Origin: an uncultured Christensenella sp.
GTDB lineage: Bacteria; Bacillota; Clostridia; Christensenellales; UBA1242
NCBI GenBank assembly: GCA_964573405.1
Contig: CAZNJK010000003.1
Coordinates: forward strand, 3,826 to 67,825
Direction: 5' to 3'
DNA: 64,000 nt
Part shown: positions 9,404-18,488 of the stretch, in pieces
Numbering within the stretch: position 1 is the first letter of the stretch
How the letters are laid out: every line of letters starts with the position of its first letter
Made by a program: the position numbers and the translations under genes
The notes under the pieces: generated by a model
Seen by the model: the letters and a program-made list of their open reading frames with translations, nothing else
What the model was told of the DNA's origin: nothing
Databases searched by the model: none

Positions 9404-9433
9404 TAAAAAAAACGCCCGCAAATTAAATTTGCG
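9404..9433 (-). terminator. Intrinsic terminator of the lipoprotein gene
   Basis: Hairpin cgcaaat-taa-atttgcg (9417-9433), followed by a T-run on the minus strand (A-run 9404-9411 on plus). Confidence 0.7.
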
Positions 9434-9535
9434 AGCATTTTTACTTCTTCTTAAAATTGTCAATTATTCAATAGTGCTGTTGGCTTCATTATTTATTTGT
9501 ATCCTTTTCAAAAGTTATTTGCATAGTCCCAATAA

Positions 9536-10609
9536 TTATTCATTAGGAATAACATATACTTTCAAAACTAATCCGTCCTTTTTGGTCACTTCCCCCTTCG
9601 TCTCGCTTTTATTAGAGTCTAATTGATAGCCAGTAGGTGCTTGTGCTTCTACAATTGTGCCAATTTTGGAAGATGTTACGACCGTCATTTCGTCATTTAG
9701 ATTGTATGTTTCGCCGTCAAATACATAGTAATTAACCGTATAATTGGCGGTGGTAATAACATCCGATATTGTAATAGTGATAAGCGTATCTTCGTAGTTT
9801 TGTGGGTTTTCGTTGTAATACGCATAGTAAGACACACCCTTAGCAATGGAAGTTGTATTAGATATTTTTTTGCCATTGCTATCCATATACCAAGTAATGT
9901 TCTTCAAATTGTTGTCATACACTAAGTCTTGCAATGTGTCGCCAAAATACGCGACAAAATCAACTTGCCCGGTATATTGTTTTCTATCTGCTTTCGTGAT
10001 GCTCCACTTTACCTTTTGGATAGGGTTAGACAAAATCTCGCCACTAGCATTGCTCCAAGCGTATTTGTCAGAATTATTCAACTTTAATTGCACTTCATAA
10101 TCACCACAATTAGCCATATTCACATAACTAAACACCGAATATAGCCCGTTTGACTGAGAATTATAATAGGATTTTATGTCGACTTCGTTGCCGTCGTAAG
10201 TAGTGGAATATTCGCTAGGAATATCCACTTTAATAGGTTTTACGGTAATTGTATCGGAAAATTCAATGTTTGGGTATTCCTTCAAATACACATTGAATGA
10301 ATACTCTCCGTATTTTGTGCCGTCGTAGGTGGTCGCGTACTGATAGTCCGCTTTGGCAAGTTCTTGCCACCCGCCATTGATATATATTTTCACTTTCAAT
10401 TTATCTATAAAGTCATCACCCACGACAATTTCTTTATCGTATCCGCTAACTTCGATGTCGGTAGGCAAAACTACCGCTTTGGGTGGGTCTGCGGTTGGAT
10501 TTGTGTTGCCCGACCCCACGCTAAAATTACAAGCGGAAAGAATTGTCGCACCGACAATCATACAAAACACAACTCCTAAATAACTAATCCATTTTTTCAT
10601 TTGCACCAC
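9536..10609 (-). CDS. Surface lipoprotein with Ig-like/MBG-type and MucBP-like repeats
   Basis: Signal peptide with lipobox (ATILSAC). Repeats of the ...TYDG...Y.V... type seen in Firmicute adhesin-like proteins. C-terminal NYTVNYY...GYQL module. Confidence 0.65.
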   Translation of the reverse strand: MVQMKKWISYLGVVFCMIVGATILSACNFSVGSGNTNPTADPPKAVVLPTDIEVSGYDKEIVVGDDFIDKLKVKIYINGGWQELAKADYQYATTYDGTKYGEYSFNVYLKEYPNIEFSDTITVKPIKVDIPSEYSTTYDGNEVDIKSYYNSQSNGLYSVFSYVNMANCGDYEVQLKLNNSDKYAWSNASGEILSNPIQKVKWSITKADRKQYTGQVDFVAYFGDTLQDLVYDNNLKNITWYMDSNGKKISNTTSIAKGVSYYAYYNENPQNYEDTLITITISDVITTANYTVNYYVFDGETYNLNDEMTVVTSSKIGTIVEAQAPTGYQLDSNKSETKGEVTKKDGLVLKVYVIPNE

Positions 10610-10695
10610 ACTTTTAAATTATAATAACACAAATTCAAAAAACAACAAAACAATTGATAACATTTTTATTATTTGTGTTAATTTAAAGTATTATG

Positions 10696-11394
10696 CTACA
10701 TATAATCTTCCTTTTTAATTATATCTTGCAATGTTTCTATTGACTTTTTCTCCAATCGGCTCACATAACTCCTGCTAATATTGAGATATTTGCTAACTTC
10801 TCGCTGTGTTAGTGCGGGATTTCCGTTAAGGCCGTACCTTAAATTCATTATGGTGTACTCCCGTTCGGTCAAATTTTCCTTAAGCACATCGCCAAGTTTT
10901 TTGCTAATAACCATATCTGTTGCTTGGCTTTCGATGTCGCAATCGGGCAATTCGATGACATCAATTATGCTCATCTCGTTATCGTCGCCGTCGCCACCGA
11001 GTGCTTCTTCTATACTTATGTTGGTTTTGTGTTTTTTATTCACCCTAAGTAGCATCAATATCTCATTTTCAATACATCGCGACGCATATGTCGAAAATTG
11101 AGTGTTAAAGCCGTCTTTGTATGTATTTATGGCTTTTATAAGCCCTAGACTCCCCGCACTAATCAAGTCGTCGGCTTCTTCCGAACCGCTGTATTTTTTC
11201 ACGATGTGTGCCACCAGCCTAAGGTTGTGATGAATTAATATATTTTTCGCTTCCAAGTCACCACTATGGAACTTTTGCAAATACTCCGCTTCTTGCTTGC
11301 TATTTAATGGCTTAGGGAAGGACGACGAATTGTTGACATACGCCGTAAAAAACATCACTTTCTTCAAAAACATAGAAAAACTTTCAAAAATCAT
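10696..11394 (-). CDS. sigK: Sporulation sigma factor SigK (pro-sigma-K), uninterrupted
   Basis: YVNNSSSFPKPLNSKQEAEYL...NLRLVAHIVKKY...DLISAGSLGLIKAI...YASRCIENEILMLLR closely follows SigK (FPQPLS, LVAHIVKKF). Start chosen at the ATG after GGGGTG. A short hydrophobic pro-sequence is present. Confidence 0.8.
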   Translation of the reverse strand: MIFESFSMFLKKVMFFTAYVNNSSSFPKPLNSKQEAEYLQKFHSGDLEAKNILIHHNLRLVAHIVKKYSGSEEADDLISAGSLGLIKAINTYKDGFNTQFSTYASRCIENEILMLLRVNKKHKTNISIEEALGGDGDDNEMSIIDVIELPDCDIESQATDMVISKKLGDVLKENLTEREYTIMNLRYGLNGNPALTQREVSKYLNISRSYVSRLEKKSIETLQDIIKKEDYM

Positions 11395-11616
11395 ATTACA
11401 CCCCGCTGATATAAATATATGCGAGATTTGTCGAAATTTGCTTGTACAATGAGTTTCTTTTATTTTATCCACCAAATTATCCCAATATTTTAATGCATTA
11501 TTGTCAGCAATCTTATAGATTCTTTTAATACATTATTGTAGTATAGCAATACATTATTGGTGAATAAATATTAAAATAAATGTATATTTATTCCATAAAT
11601 TAAATAATTATAAGCA

Positions 11617-11653
11617 CAAAAAAACACCCACAAAATAAAAGTCTTGTGAGTGT
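11617..11653 (-). terminator. Intrinsic terminator after the U32 peptidase gene
   Basis: Hairpin of 10 bp with one G-U pair (acacccacaa / ttgtgagtgt), then a T-run on the minus strand. Confidence 0.7.
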
Positions 11654-11662
11654 TTTTCTATA

Positions 11663-12874
11663 TTATTTTACTTCTTTTCTAAGAATGTCGCCTTTTGATA
11701 GTTGAGTAGTTGTGTAGATATATAATTTTTGTTGGACTTGATTAGCATCCACTACTTCTACCCCATTTTCATCGGTCATTTTTGTGACAATAAATTGCGA
11801 ATTAAAGGCTTCGTTTGGTGACAAAACTTCTAAAGCGTCGCCAACTTTAAATCTATTACGCATTTCAACTAAGACCTTGCCGTCGGTAGTTTTGTCAAGC
11901 ACTAATGCCATAAACTCGTGGGTTTGGACCGGCATACTACTTTCCAAATATTCTTTATTGTTGTCGCCCAAGAAAAATCCAGTAGTATATCGTCTATGAC
12001 TGGCCTTTTCCAATTCGGTTTTTAATTCGGCTGGGCATTCATAATTATTCATACTTTCCATTATGTCAATTGCTCTGCGATATGCGTTGACAACAGTTGC
12101 AACATAATAAGCGCTCTTCATTCTGCCTTCAATTTTAAAACTTGTAACGCCCACTTCTTTCAATTTGTCTATGTATTCTATCATACACATATCCTTGCTA
12201 TTAAGAATGTAAGTACCCCTATCGTCTTCTTCTATGTCGTAGTACTCGCCGTTGCGGTGTTTTTCCCTTATAGCGTACTCCCAACGGCACGCTTGAACAC
12301 ACGCACCACGATTACTTTCTCTGCCAGTAAGGTAGTTGGAAAGTAGGCATCTGCCACTATACGATATACACATAGCACCATGCACGAAGCACTCCAACTC
12401 AACATCGTTAGGAATAAAATCCCTAATTTCTTTGATTTCTTCTAGCGACAATTCTCTTGCCAAAATAATTCGTTTTACGCCCATATCGACAAGGAATTTA
12501 GCCGAATATTTGTTGGTTACATTTGCTTGTGTGCTTACATGAATTACTAGTTTTGGAGCATTTTTTCTTATAAAATCGATCACTCCGATGTCGCTAACTA
12601 TTACAGCATCTACGCCTATTTCTTCCAAATACTTAACATAATCTTTAAGCCCGCCGAAGTCTGAATTTTTAGCCAAAATATTGATTGTGATATATGCCTT
12701 AACATTGTGCGAATGGCAATAATCGACCGACTCCTTCAATTCGTCCAGGTCAAAATTGTCGGAAAATGCTCTAAGCCCAAATTGTTTCCCTGCGAAATAA
12801 CACGCATTTGCACCATAATATATGGCGGTTTTTAATTTTTCCATATTGCCTGCTGGGGCTAACAACTCAATCAT
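11663..12874 (-). CDS. Peptidase U32 family protein (YrrO/TrhP-like, tRNA U34 hydroxylation)
   Basis: N-terminal ELLAPAGN...A...GA.A.Y, central E.FVHGA.C.SYSG.C.LS and a C-terminal beta-barrel, as in U32 proteins. Lies directly downstream of a YrrM-like methyltransferase, as in Bacillus. Confidence 0.8.
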   Translation of the reverse strand: MIELLAPAGNMEKLKTAIYYGANACYFAGKQFGLRAFSDNFDLDELKESVDYCHSHNVKAYITINILAKNSDFGGLKDYVKYLEEIGVDAVIVSDIGVIDFIRKNAPKLVIHVSTQANVTNKYSAKFLVDMGVKRIILARELSLEEIKEIRDFIPNDVELECFVHGAMCISYSGRCLLSNYLTGRESNRGACVQACRWEYAIREKHRNGEYYDIEEDDRGTYILNSKDMCMIEYIDKLKEVGVTSFKIEGRMKSAYYVATVVNAYRRAIDIMESMNNYECPAELKTELEKASHRRYTTGFFLGDNNKEYLESSMPVQTHEFMALVLDKTTDGKVLVEMRNRFKVGDALEVLSPNEAFNSQFIVTKMTDENGVEVVDANQVQQKLYIYTTTQLSKGDILRKEVK

Positions 12875-13459
12875 TTATTTTTCTCCTTTTGTAGTAATAC
12901 ACACTCCGTCTTCAACTTCAAAAAGTTGTGATTTAAAGGGTGGAATGTTGACTTCTTCCAAATATTTTCTAAGGTTAAGCACAAGCGTGCGGGTGCGGTG
13001 CTCGGGCCAATCGTTGCCCTTCACTAGACCCCTAAAAAGCACATCATCGGCGAATATCGTTCCGCCATCGTTAAGCAAATCGCTAATTACTGGCAAGTAC
13101 CATATATATTGCCCTTTTGGACCATCCAAGAACACAAGGTCATACTTCTCGCCTTTTGACAACAAGTCTTTAAGCACATCTTTCGCGTCGCCTTTTAGTT
13201 GCTCGACCCTATCCGTTAAGCCAAGTCGCTCAAAATTGGACTTAGCCACATTGTACATTTGCTCGCTTTTCTCAATAGTCGTAAGTGTTGCGTCAAGATT
13301 TTTTAGTAGCATTTGCGACCCCGAATAACCTATGGCTGTTCCGATTTCCAAAATCCTTTTAATGCCGTGCTCACTCGCCCTATCGAGCAACATTTGTAGA
13401 GTGATGGGTCTTACAATTGGCACGTTGTTGTCTTGTGCATACTTTATAATTTGTTCCAT
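12875..13459 (-). CDS. SAM-dependent O-methyltransferase (YrrM/TrmR-like)
   Basis: Class I caffeoyl-CoA OMT-like: ILEIGTAIGYS, DLVFLDGPKGQY, LLNDGGTIFADDVLFRG. Confidence 0.8.
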   Translation of the reverse strand: MEQIIKYAQDNNVPIVRPITLQMLLDRASEHGIKRILEIGTAIGYSGSQMLLKNLDATLTTIEKSEQMYNVAKSNFERLGLTDRVEQLKGDAKDVLKDLLSKGEKYDLVFLDGPKGQYIWYLPVISDLLNDGGTIFADDVLFRGLVKGNDWPEHRTRTLVLNLRKYLEEVNIPPFKSQLFEVEDGVCITTKGEK

Positions 13460-13467
13460 TATTCACC

Positions 13468-15129
13468 TTATTTTGTTTCAATTATAATAGGAATTATCAT
13501 TGGACGGCGTTTTAATTTCTTGTAAAAATAGTTTGTAAGCGCCTTCTTGATATTTATCTTTATTTGTGACCAATCTTGGGTCTTGAAGTCGCAATTAAGG
13601 ATTGTATTGATTACAATATCTCTTGCTTCTTCCATAACATCTTCGTTGCCCTTAAAATAGATAAATCCTCTTGATATAATCTCTGGTTTGCTTGTCAAAC
13701 TTCCTGTAGAATTAGATACTGTAAGTGCCACTGCACACATACCTTCTTCGCTAAGCAACATCCTATCTCTCTGAACCGCTCCGCCAGCATCACTTACATC
13801 AAATCCATCAACAAGCCTTATTCCCGCTTGAACTGTACCTATTTTCTTTATGGAATTTCTTCCTATCGATATACTATCGCCCAAATCTGGGATAATAATG
13901 TTTCGTTTTGGAATTCCGATTTCTTCCGCAATTTTTGAGTGTGCTTTTAAGTGTCTAAATTCACCATGTGCCGGGATGAAGAATTTTGGTCTAACTAGGC
14001 TAAGCATTGTTTTCAATTCTTCTTGGCAAGCGTGCCCCGATACGTGGACATCTGCAAGCCCGTCATATATTACTGTAGCACCACGTTTATACAATGTATT
14101 GATTACATTATTTATATTCTTTTCATTGCCTGGTATTGCTGACGAACTAAATATAACATAGTCATTTTCACCAATCTCAATTTTAGGGAATTGGCCATCT
14201 GCCATACGGCTTAGTGCACTATTTTCTTCGCCTTGGCTTCCTGTACACAATATGCAAGTCGTTTCGTCTGGGGCTTTGTCGATGTTGTTGATGTCGCCAA
14301 GCAATGCTCTATTGAATTTCAATTCACCGATTTTGCTAGCGGTTTCGCACACATTAAGCATACTTCTGCCCGTGAAAACTATCTTTCTTCCGTACTTTTC
14401 GCACATATCAAGAATTTGTTGGATTCTGTGAACATTTGAAGCAAAAGTTGCGATAATGATTCGCTTTGATTTGTTTTGAGCAAATAGTCCGTCAAGGGTT
14501 TCACCGACTTTTCTTTCGCTCATACTATATCCTGGGCGTTCTGCGTTGGTACTATCGGCAGTCATAAATAACACACCTTTCTTAGAAATCTCCGCTAATC
14601 TAATCATATCCATCGGCTTGCTGTCGATTGGAGTGTAGTCAATTTTGAAGTCGCCGGTGTGGAAATACACGCCCACTGGAGTGGTTATTGCCACAGCCAT
14701 TGCCCCGCTTATGCTGTGTGTAACTTTTAAAAATTCGATTGTAAAGCACCCTACTTTAATTATTTGTCCGCTTTTTACTACGTTTGGCTTGCATGCGACT
14801 TTTCGGTGCTCTCTAAATTTATTTTCAACCAATGCACAAGTTAATTTGCTTCCATATATAGGAACTTTGATGTCTTGCAATACATATGGCAATGCACCGA
14901 TGTGGTCTTCGTGACCATGAGTCAAGATAATTGCTCTGATTTTTTGGCGGTTATTTATAAGATATGTGATGTCGGGAATAACCAAATCGACACCCATCAT
15001 TTCGTCAGATGGGAAGGCACAACCGGAGTCGATAACTAATATGTCGTTGCCATACTCTAGGCACATCATATTTTTACCAACTTCGCCAACACCACCCAAA
15101 AATGACAATTTTAAGTTTTGTTGTTTCAT
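13468..15129 (-). CDS. rnj: Ribonuclease J
   Basis: Metallo-beta-lactamase/beta-CASP: LTHGHEDHIGALPY, ..TGDFK.D, HVSGHA.QEEL. ATG at 15129 is preceded by AGGAGA. Confidence 0.92.
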   Translation of the reverse strand: MKQQNLKLSFLGGVGEVGKNMMCLEYGNDILVIDSGCAFPSDEMMGVDLVIPDITYLINNRQKIRAIILTHGHEDHIGALPYVLQDIKVPIYGSKLTCALVENKFREHRKVACKPNVVKSGQIIKVGCFTIEFLKVTHSISGAMAVAITTPVGVYFHTGDFKIDYTPIDSKPMDMIRLAEISKKGVLFMTADSTNAERPGYSMSERKVGETLDGLFAQNKSKRIIIATFASNVHRIQQILDMCEKYGRKIVFTGRSMLNVCETASKIGELKFNRALLGDINNIDKAPDETTCILCTGSQGEENSALSRMADGQFPKIEIGENDYVIFSSSAIPGNEKNINNVINTLYKRGATVIYDGLADVHVSGHACQEELKTMLSLVRPKFFIPAHGEFRHLKAHSKIAEEIGIPKRNIIIPDLGDSISIGRNSIKKIGTVQAGIRLVDGFDVSDAGGAVQRDRMLLSEEGMCAVALTVSNSTGSLTSKPEIISRGFIYFKGNEDVMEEARDIVINTILNCDFKTQDWSQIKINIKKALTNYFYKKLKRRPMIIPIIIETK

Positions 15130-15452
15130 ATTTTTTCTCCTAATTATTTTTTTATTTAAAGCAAAATGACAACAAAACACCCGTTAGCACAACAAGTAAA
15201 AACTGTGCCAACTTATGCCACTCAATGTCATTTTGAAAAACTATCACGATAAATTTTAAAAACCCACAAATAAATTTATCTTGTTTTTGATAGCATTATT
15301 ATATATCAAGTTTTAAAAAAAATCAAGAAAAAATATCAACATATTTTGTCGTAATGTGTAATAATGCGTTTTCATCGCTTAAAAGCCCGACTTTGCATAT
15401 TATCTCAGCCACTAAAAGCGGAAGCTTTCTGGGTTTTTAAGCGGACTAATTT

Positions 15453-15598
15453 TTGCATAAAATTTGCATAAAATATCTTATTTGTAAAATATGTTTTTAT
15501 ACTTAAAATATATTTTCATTATTAAGTATATATTTTTATTTTTTTAATAAGTATATCTCTATGTTTAAAATATATCTTCACATAAAATATATTTCTTT
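15453..15598. repeat. Degenerate AT-rich direct repeats (TTGCATAAAAT x2, then about six TAAAATATAT-type units)
   Basis: Read directly from the sequence. Units recur every ~18-22 bp between the membrane-gene terminator and the rnj promoter region. Confidence 0.5.
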
Positions 15599-15634
15599 TA
15601 AAAAAAAGTCTTACTTAAAGTTTTCAAGTAAGAC
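15598..15634 (-). terminator. Intrinsic terminator of the membrane protein gene
   Basis: Hairpin gtcttactt / aagtaagac (15608-15634), followed by a T-run on the minus strand. Confidence 0.75.
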
Positions 15635-15641
15635 AAAATAA

Positions 15642-16625
15642 TTAAACAATATATTTTTGATTGTGCAATTTGTCAGTATATTGCACTGGTTTTGGTGCCA
15701 TTACATTGTATGGGTCAAGGTAATAACGTTGGCCGGTCGCACTATAATAAGCGACCATTCCAAATGTTGAGTACATAAGTAGCGATACTGGGATTGTGAC
15801 AATAAGCCCTACACCATATGTAAAGACTCCGCCAAACACATTCAAAAATACCGAAGTAAGAATGATTGCAAAAGCATTGCCAAAAGTTTGACCAAAACGG
15901 CGTTTAACAATAATCATAGAGTCTTTCAATCCCGAGAAAACGCCTTTATTTCGCACCACAATGCTAGGAATCCAACCGCAGAAAAGGGTGTGTTTTAATG
16001 ACATCAATATGCAAAATCCAAAGAGAATAATAAATGGGGAAAGCACTATAAATGCGCCACCAAGCCTAAATAAGCGGAAAGAATAAAGAAGCAAATAATA
16101 TATTCCAAAATTAACTGGAACCAAAAGTAAGAAACTAGCAATTTGATAAAGCAAATTTTTCTTGAAACTTGACACAAACGAATTAGCATAATTGTGCTTT
16201 GTGTTGCTACTCATATAATAATACAAATTAACAGCGGTTGGCATTTGATAAAATTTAAAAACAACCGTACCAAGCACCATTATTACAAACCCCATTCCAA
16301 AAATTGATAGCATAATTTTTGAGATGTTGGAATTGATAATATCAACGAATTTAACCGACAAATCGCCAATTCTGATAATAAGGGCTTTTAGGTCAAGCGA
16401 GGAAATAAATGTTTGATAGACATCTGCAATTTTTTCAAAAAAATTAGCATTTATAAGCACTTGAACAACTGGCAAAGCCGTGACAAGGCACAATCCACCC
16501 ACCACAAGACCTGCGATTAAGATGTATAAAAGTATTTTCCAAATAAGATGGGCGTTGGAAAATAGCAATTTGAATGTATTTTTGTATAACATAAAAACCA
16601 ACCTTTTTAAGACATTATAAATCAT
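15642..16625 (-). CDS. Polytopic membrane protein (about 7-8 TM), unknown function
   Basis: Long hydrophobic segments throughout the 327 aa. No catalytic motif recognised. Confidence 0.6.
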   Translation of the reverse strand: MIYNVLKRLVFMLYKNTFKLLFSNAHLIWKILLYILIAGLVVGGLCLVTALPVVQVLINANFFEKIADVYQTFISSLDLKALIIRIGDLSVKFVDIINSNISKIMLSIFGMGFVIMVLGTVVFKFYQMPTAVNLYYYMSSNTKHNYANSFVSSFKKNLLYQIASFLLLVPVNFGIYYLLLYSFRLFRLGGAFIVLSPFIILFGFCILMSLKHTLFCGWIPSIVVRNKGVFSGLKDSMIIVKRRFGQTFGNAFAIILTSVFLNVFGGVFTYGVGLIVTIPVSLLMYSTFGMVAYYSATGQRYYLDPYNVMAPKPVQYTDKLHNQKYIV

Positions 16626-16742
16626 TTTTGTTATTTAATCAATAATTTTTTGTAAGTTAGTGACAATAAATAATGACTAATAATAAGTTTAATAATAAAA
16701 AGGGGCGTATTTTCTCACACCCCTTTAAATTTTAAGCAATCT

Positions 16743-17615
16743 TTAACTTCGTCTTATATCAACACAGTGTCTAACGGCTTTCTGGACTTCATTATCCCCT
16801 TGCACATTGTTAGTACCATCCACTTCGTCAGCACGCACTTCTTCCTCGGTGTCGCAATTTTTATGGCTGGTAAAACAATTTATGTCGTCACAATCGCAAT
16901 TCTCATCATTAATGTAGCCATTTTCAAAGTGTTCAGAACAATTAGGGCATTCAGATTCAATAATTTGAACTTTTTCAACATCTTGAAAATTATCCATTTT
17001 AATTGTTTCATTCGCACAATTCATTTCAACCTTTTCAATGTTGCTCAAACAATCTGGATTATTTCCAAATAAGGTCAAGATTTTCAAAACAACATCATTA
17101 ACAATCTGTTCTTTGATAGACGCGTCATCAATAGTAACACCACCAACATCTTTATTACAACCATCAATATTATCCATTAAATTGTTATCTTCAATAACAT
17201 CACAATATAAAACGTCTTGAAAATCATTCTCCGCACTTTTATTATTTTCAGTAAAAAATTCATTGACTTCAATACTGTCGATTTTTACATCCACTTCATC
17301 CGTAATTGATTCATCATCAATAATCTTTGCCACTTCAGTATCTTCAGCGATTGTAACCGATTTGTTATCTTCCGATATCGTAGTTTTATTGTCAACATTT
17401 TTTATTACATCTTTATTATCCATACTTTGTTTTGATGACTTTGAATCTTTTGTCACAATGCCAAGTACAACAAGCACACCGCATATCGCCATAATTACAT
17501 TTTCTATGGTCGAACTATCAATTGAAAAACCAAAAAGTTTTGCAACACTTTCCACCAAAATCACGATTGAACCACTAAGTGCAACCCAAAAAGCATAGGT
17601 TTTAATTTTTTTCAT
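16743..17615 (-). CDS. Holin-like N-terminal domain fused to a long acidic, Cys-rich C-terminal tail
   Basis: N-terminus MKKIKTYAFWVALSGSIVILVESVAKLFG...VIMAICGVLVVLGIV resembles small two-TM Firmicute phage holins. Residues ~60-290 are D/E/N-rich with CPNC and CDCDDINC...NCD motifs. GGAG RBS. Confidence 0.6.
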   Translation of the reverse strand: MKKIKTYAFWVALSGSIVILVESVAKLFGFSIDSSTIENVIMAICGVLVVLGIVTKDSKSSKQSMDNKDVIKNVDNKTTISEDNKSVTIAEDTEVAKIIDDESITDEVDVKIDSIEVNEFFTENNKSAENDFQDVLYCDVIEDNNLMDNIDGCNKDVGGVTIDDASIKEQIVNDVVLKILTLFGNNPDCLSNIEKVEMNCANETIKMDNFQDVEKVQIIESECPNCSEHFENGYINDENCDCDDINCFTSHKNCDTEEEVRADEVDGTNNVQGDNEVQKAVRHCVDIRRS

Positions 17616-17844
17616 TAGACTCCGACTTTTGAGTTGGCTTCATATTACCAATCTCTTCCTTTATGATTTCGACATCTTCTTTCACTTCGTTAATTATCTC
17701 AAGCGATTTGCCAAGACTGTCGATTGTTTGTTGATATTTTATTTCTCGCTCACGACTATCCTTAATTTGAAAGAATAATAGTAGCAAAAACAAGACTGCC
17801 CATATTCCATTGCTTAATGCTAAGTTAAGTATTTTCTCCCACAT
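17602..17844 (-). CDS. BhlA/UviB-family holin-like peptide
   Basis: 80 aa: LALSNGIWAVLFLLLLFFQIKDSREREIKYQQTIDSL, then a helical tail. Same layout as BhlA/UviB (one N-terminal TM, then K/E-rich coiled coil). Confidence 0.65.
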   Translation of the reverse strand: MWEKILNLALSNGIWAVLFLLLLFFQIKDSREREIKYQQTIDSLGKSLEIINEVKEDVEIIKEEIGNMKPTQKSESNEKN

Positions 17845-18430
17845 TTATATATCCTTTCAAGTCTTCACTCTCCGCCAAGACTTGTCCTTTTTTATCTTCT
17901 GGCAATGTTTCTAAAAACTGAGCAACAAGTTTTGACGCCCGCTCTCTTTTGTAATCACTCACTACGCTTTGGCTAAATCCCACAAAGTCAATTCCTTCGC
18001 TTAGCACATCGACCGAGTCGTACTGATCTCTAATCTCCCGCATTTGCTCTTGATACTTTGACTGGTCAGACGAAATAACATTTTCATACATTTTTTCTTT
18101 TTCTTTTAATGATTCCATCTCCACATTGATCTTGTCCAATTGTTCTTTCAATTCTACCGAACCCATAATATCAAAACGAGAATACTTTTCATTCAATATG
18201 CTATTAAGACTCTCCTTTTTAAAATTAAGCGAATCTCTCAACTTCTGAATGTCGGCAAGTTGAGTAGTTGCATTATCCACTTCTGCCGAATCATACACCT
18301 TCAAACCTGCTGAGTTCGTGCTAAGGATATTTATTTGACTTTTCAATTTTTCAAGCCCCTCTCTTATTTCATCATCTTCAATTATTTGTTTTGCCTTACA
18401 AGACAATTCTTCCGAAATTCTAAAATCCAT
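17825..18430 (-). CDS. Coiled-coil protein of the phage-like operon (201 aa)
   Basis: ORF 17825..18520; ATG at 18430 is preceded by GGAGGA. Strongly helical, charged sequence. Confidence 0.5.
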   Translation of the reverse strand: MDFRISEELSCKAKQIIEDDEIREGLEKLKSQINILSTNSAGLKVYDSAEVDNATTQLADIQKLRDSLNFKKESLNSILNEKYSRFDIMGSVELKEQLDKINVEMESLKEKEKMYENVISSDQSKYQEQMREIRDQYDSVDVLSEGIDFVGFSQSVVSDYKRERASKLVAQFLETLPEDKKGQVLAESEDLKGYINVGENT

Positions 18431-18488
18431 ATTTCCTCCATTCTTTAAAAATTCATTGTAATTTGTTCTTCTTATAATCATATTTAAA

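Noticed and set aside
10696-11475. A possible skin-like intervening element or split sigK.
   Set aside because: The ORF encodes pro-sequence through region 4 in one frame, so sigK is uninterrupted here. The phage-like cluster 5 kb away is separated from it by core genes.
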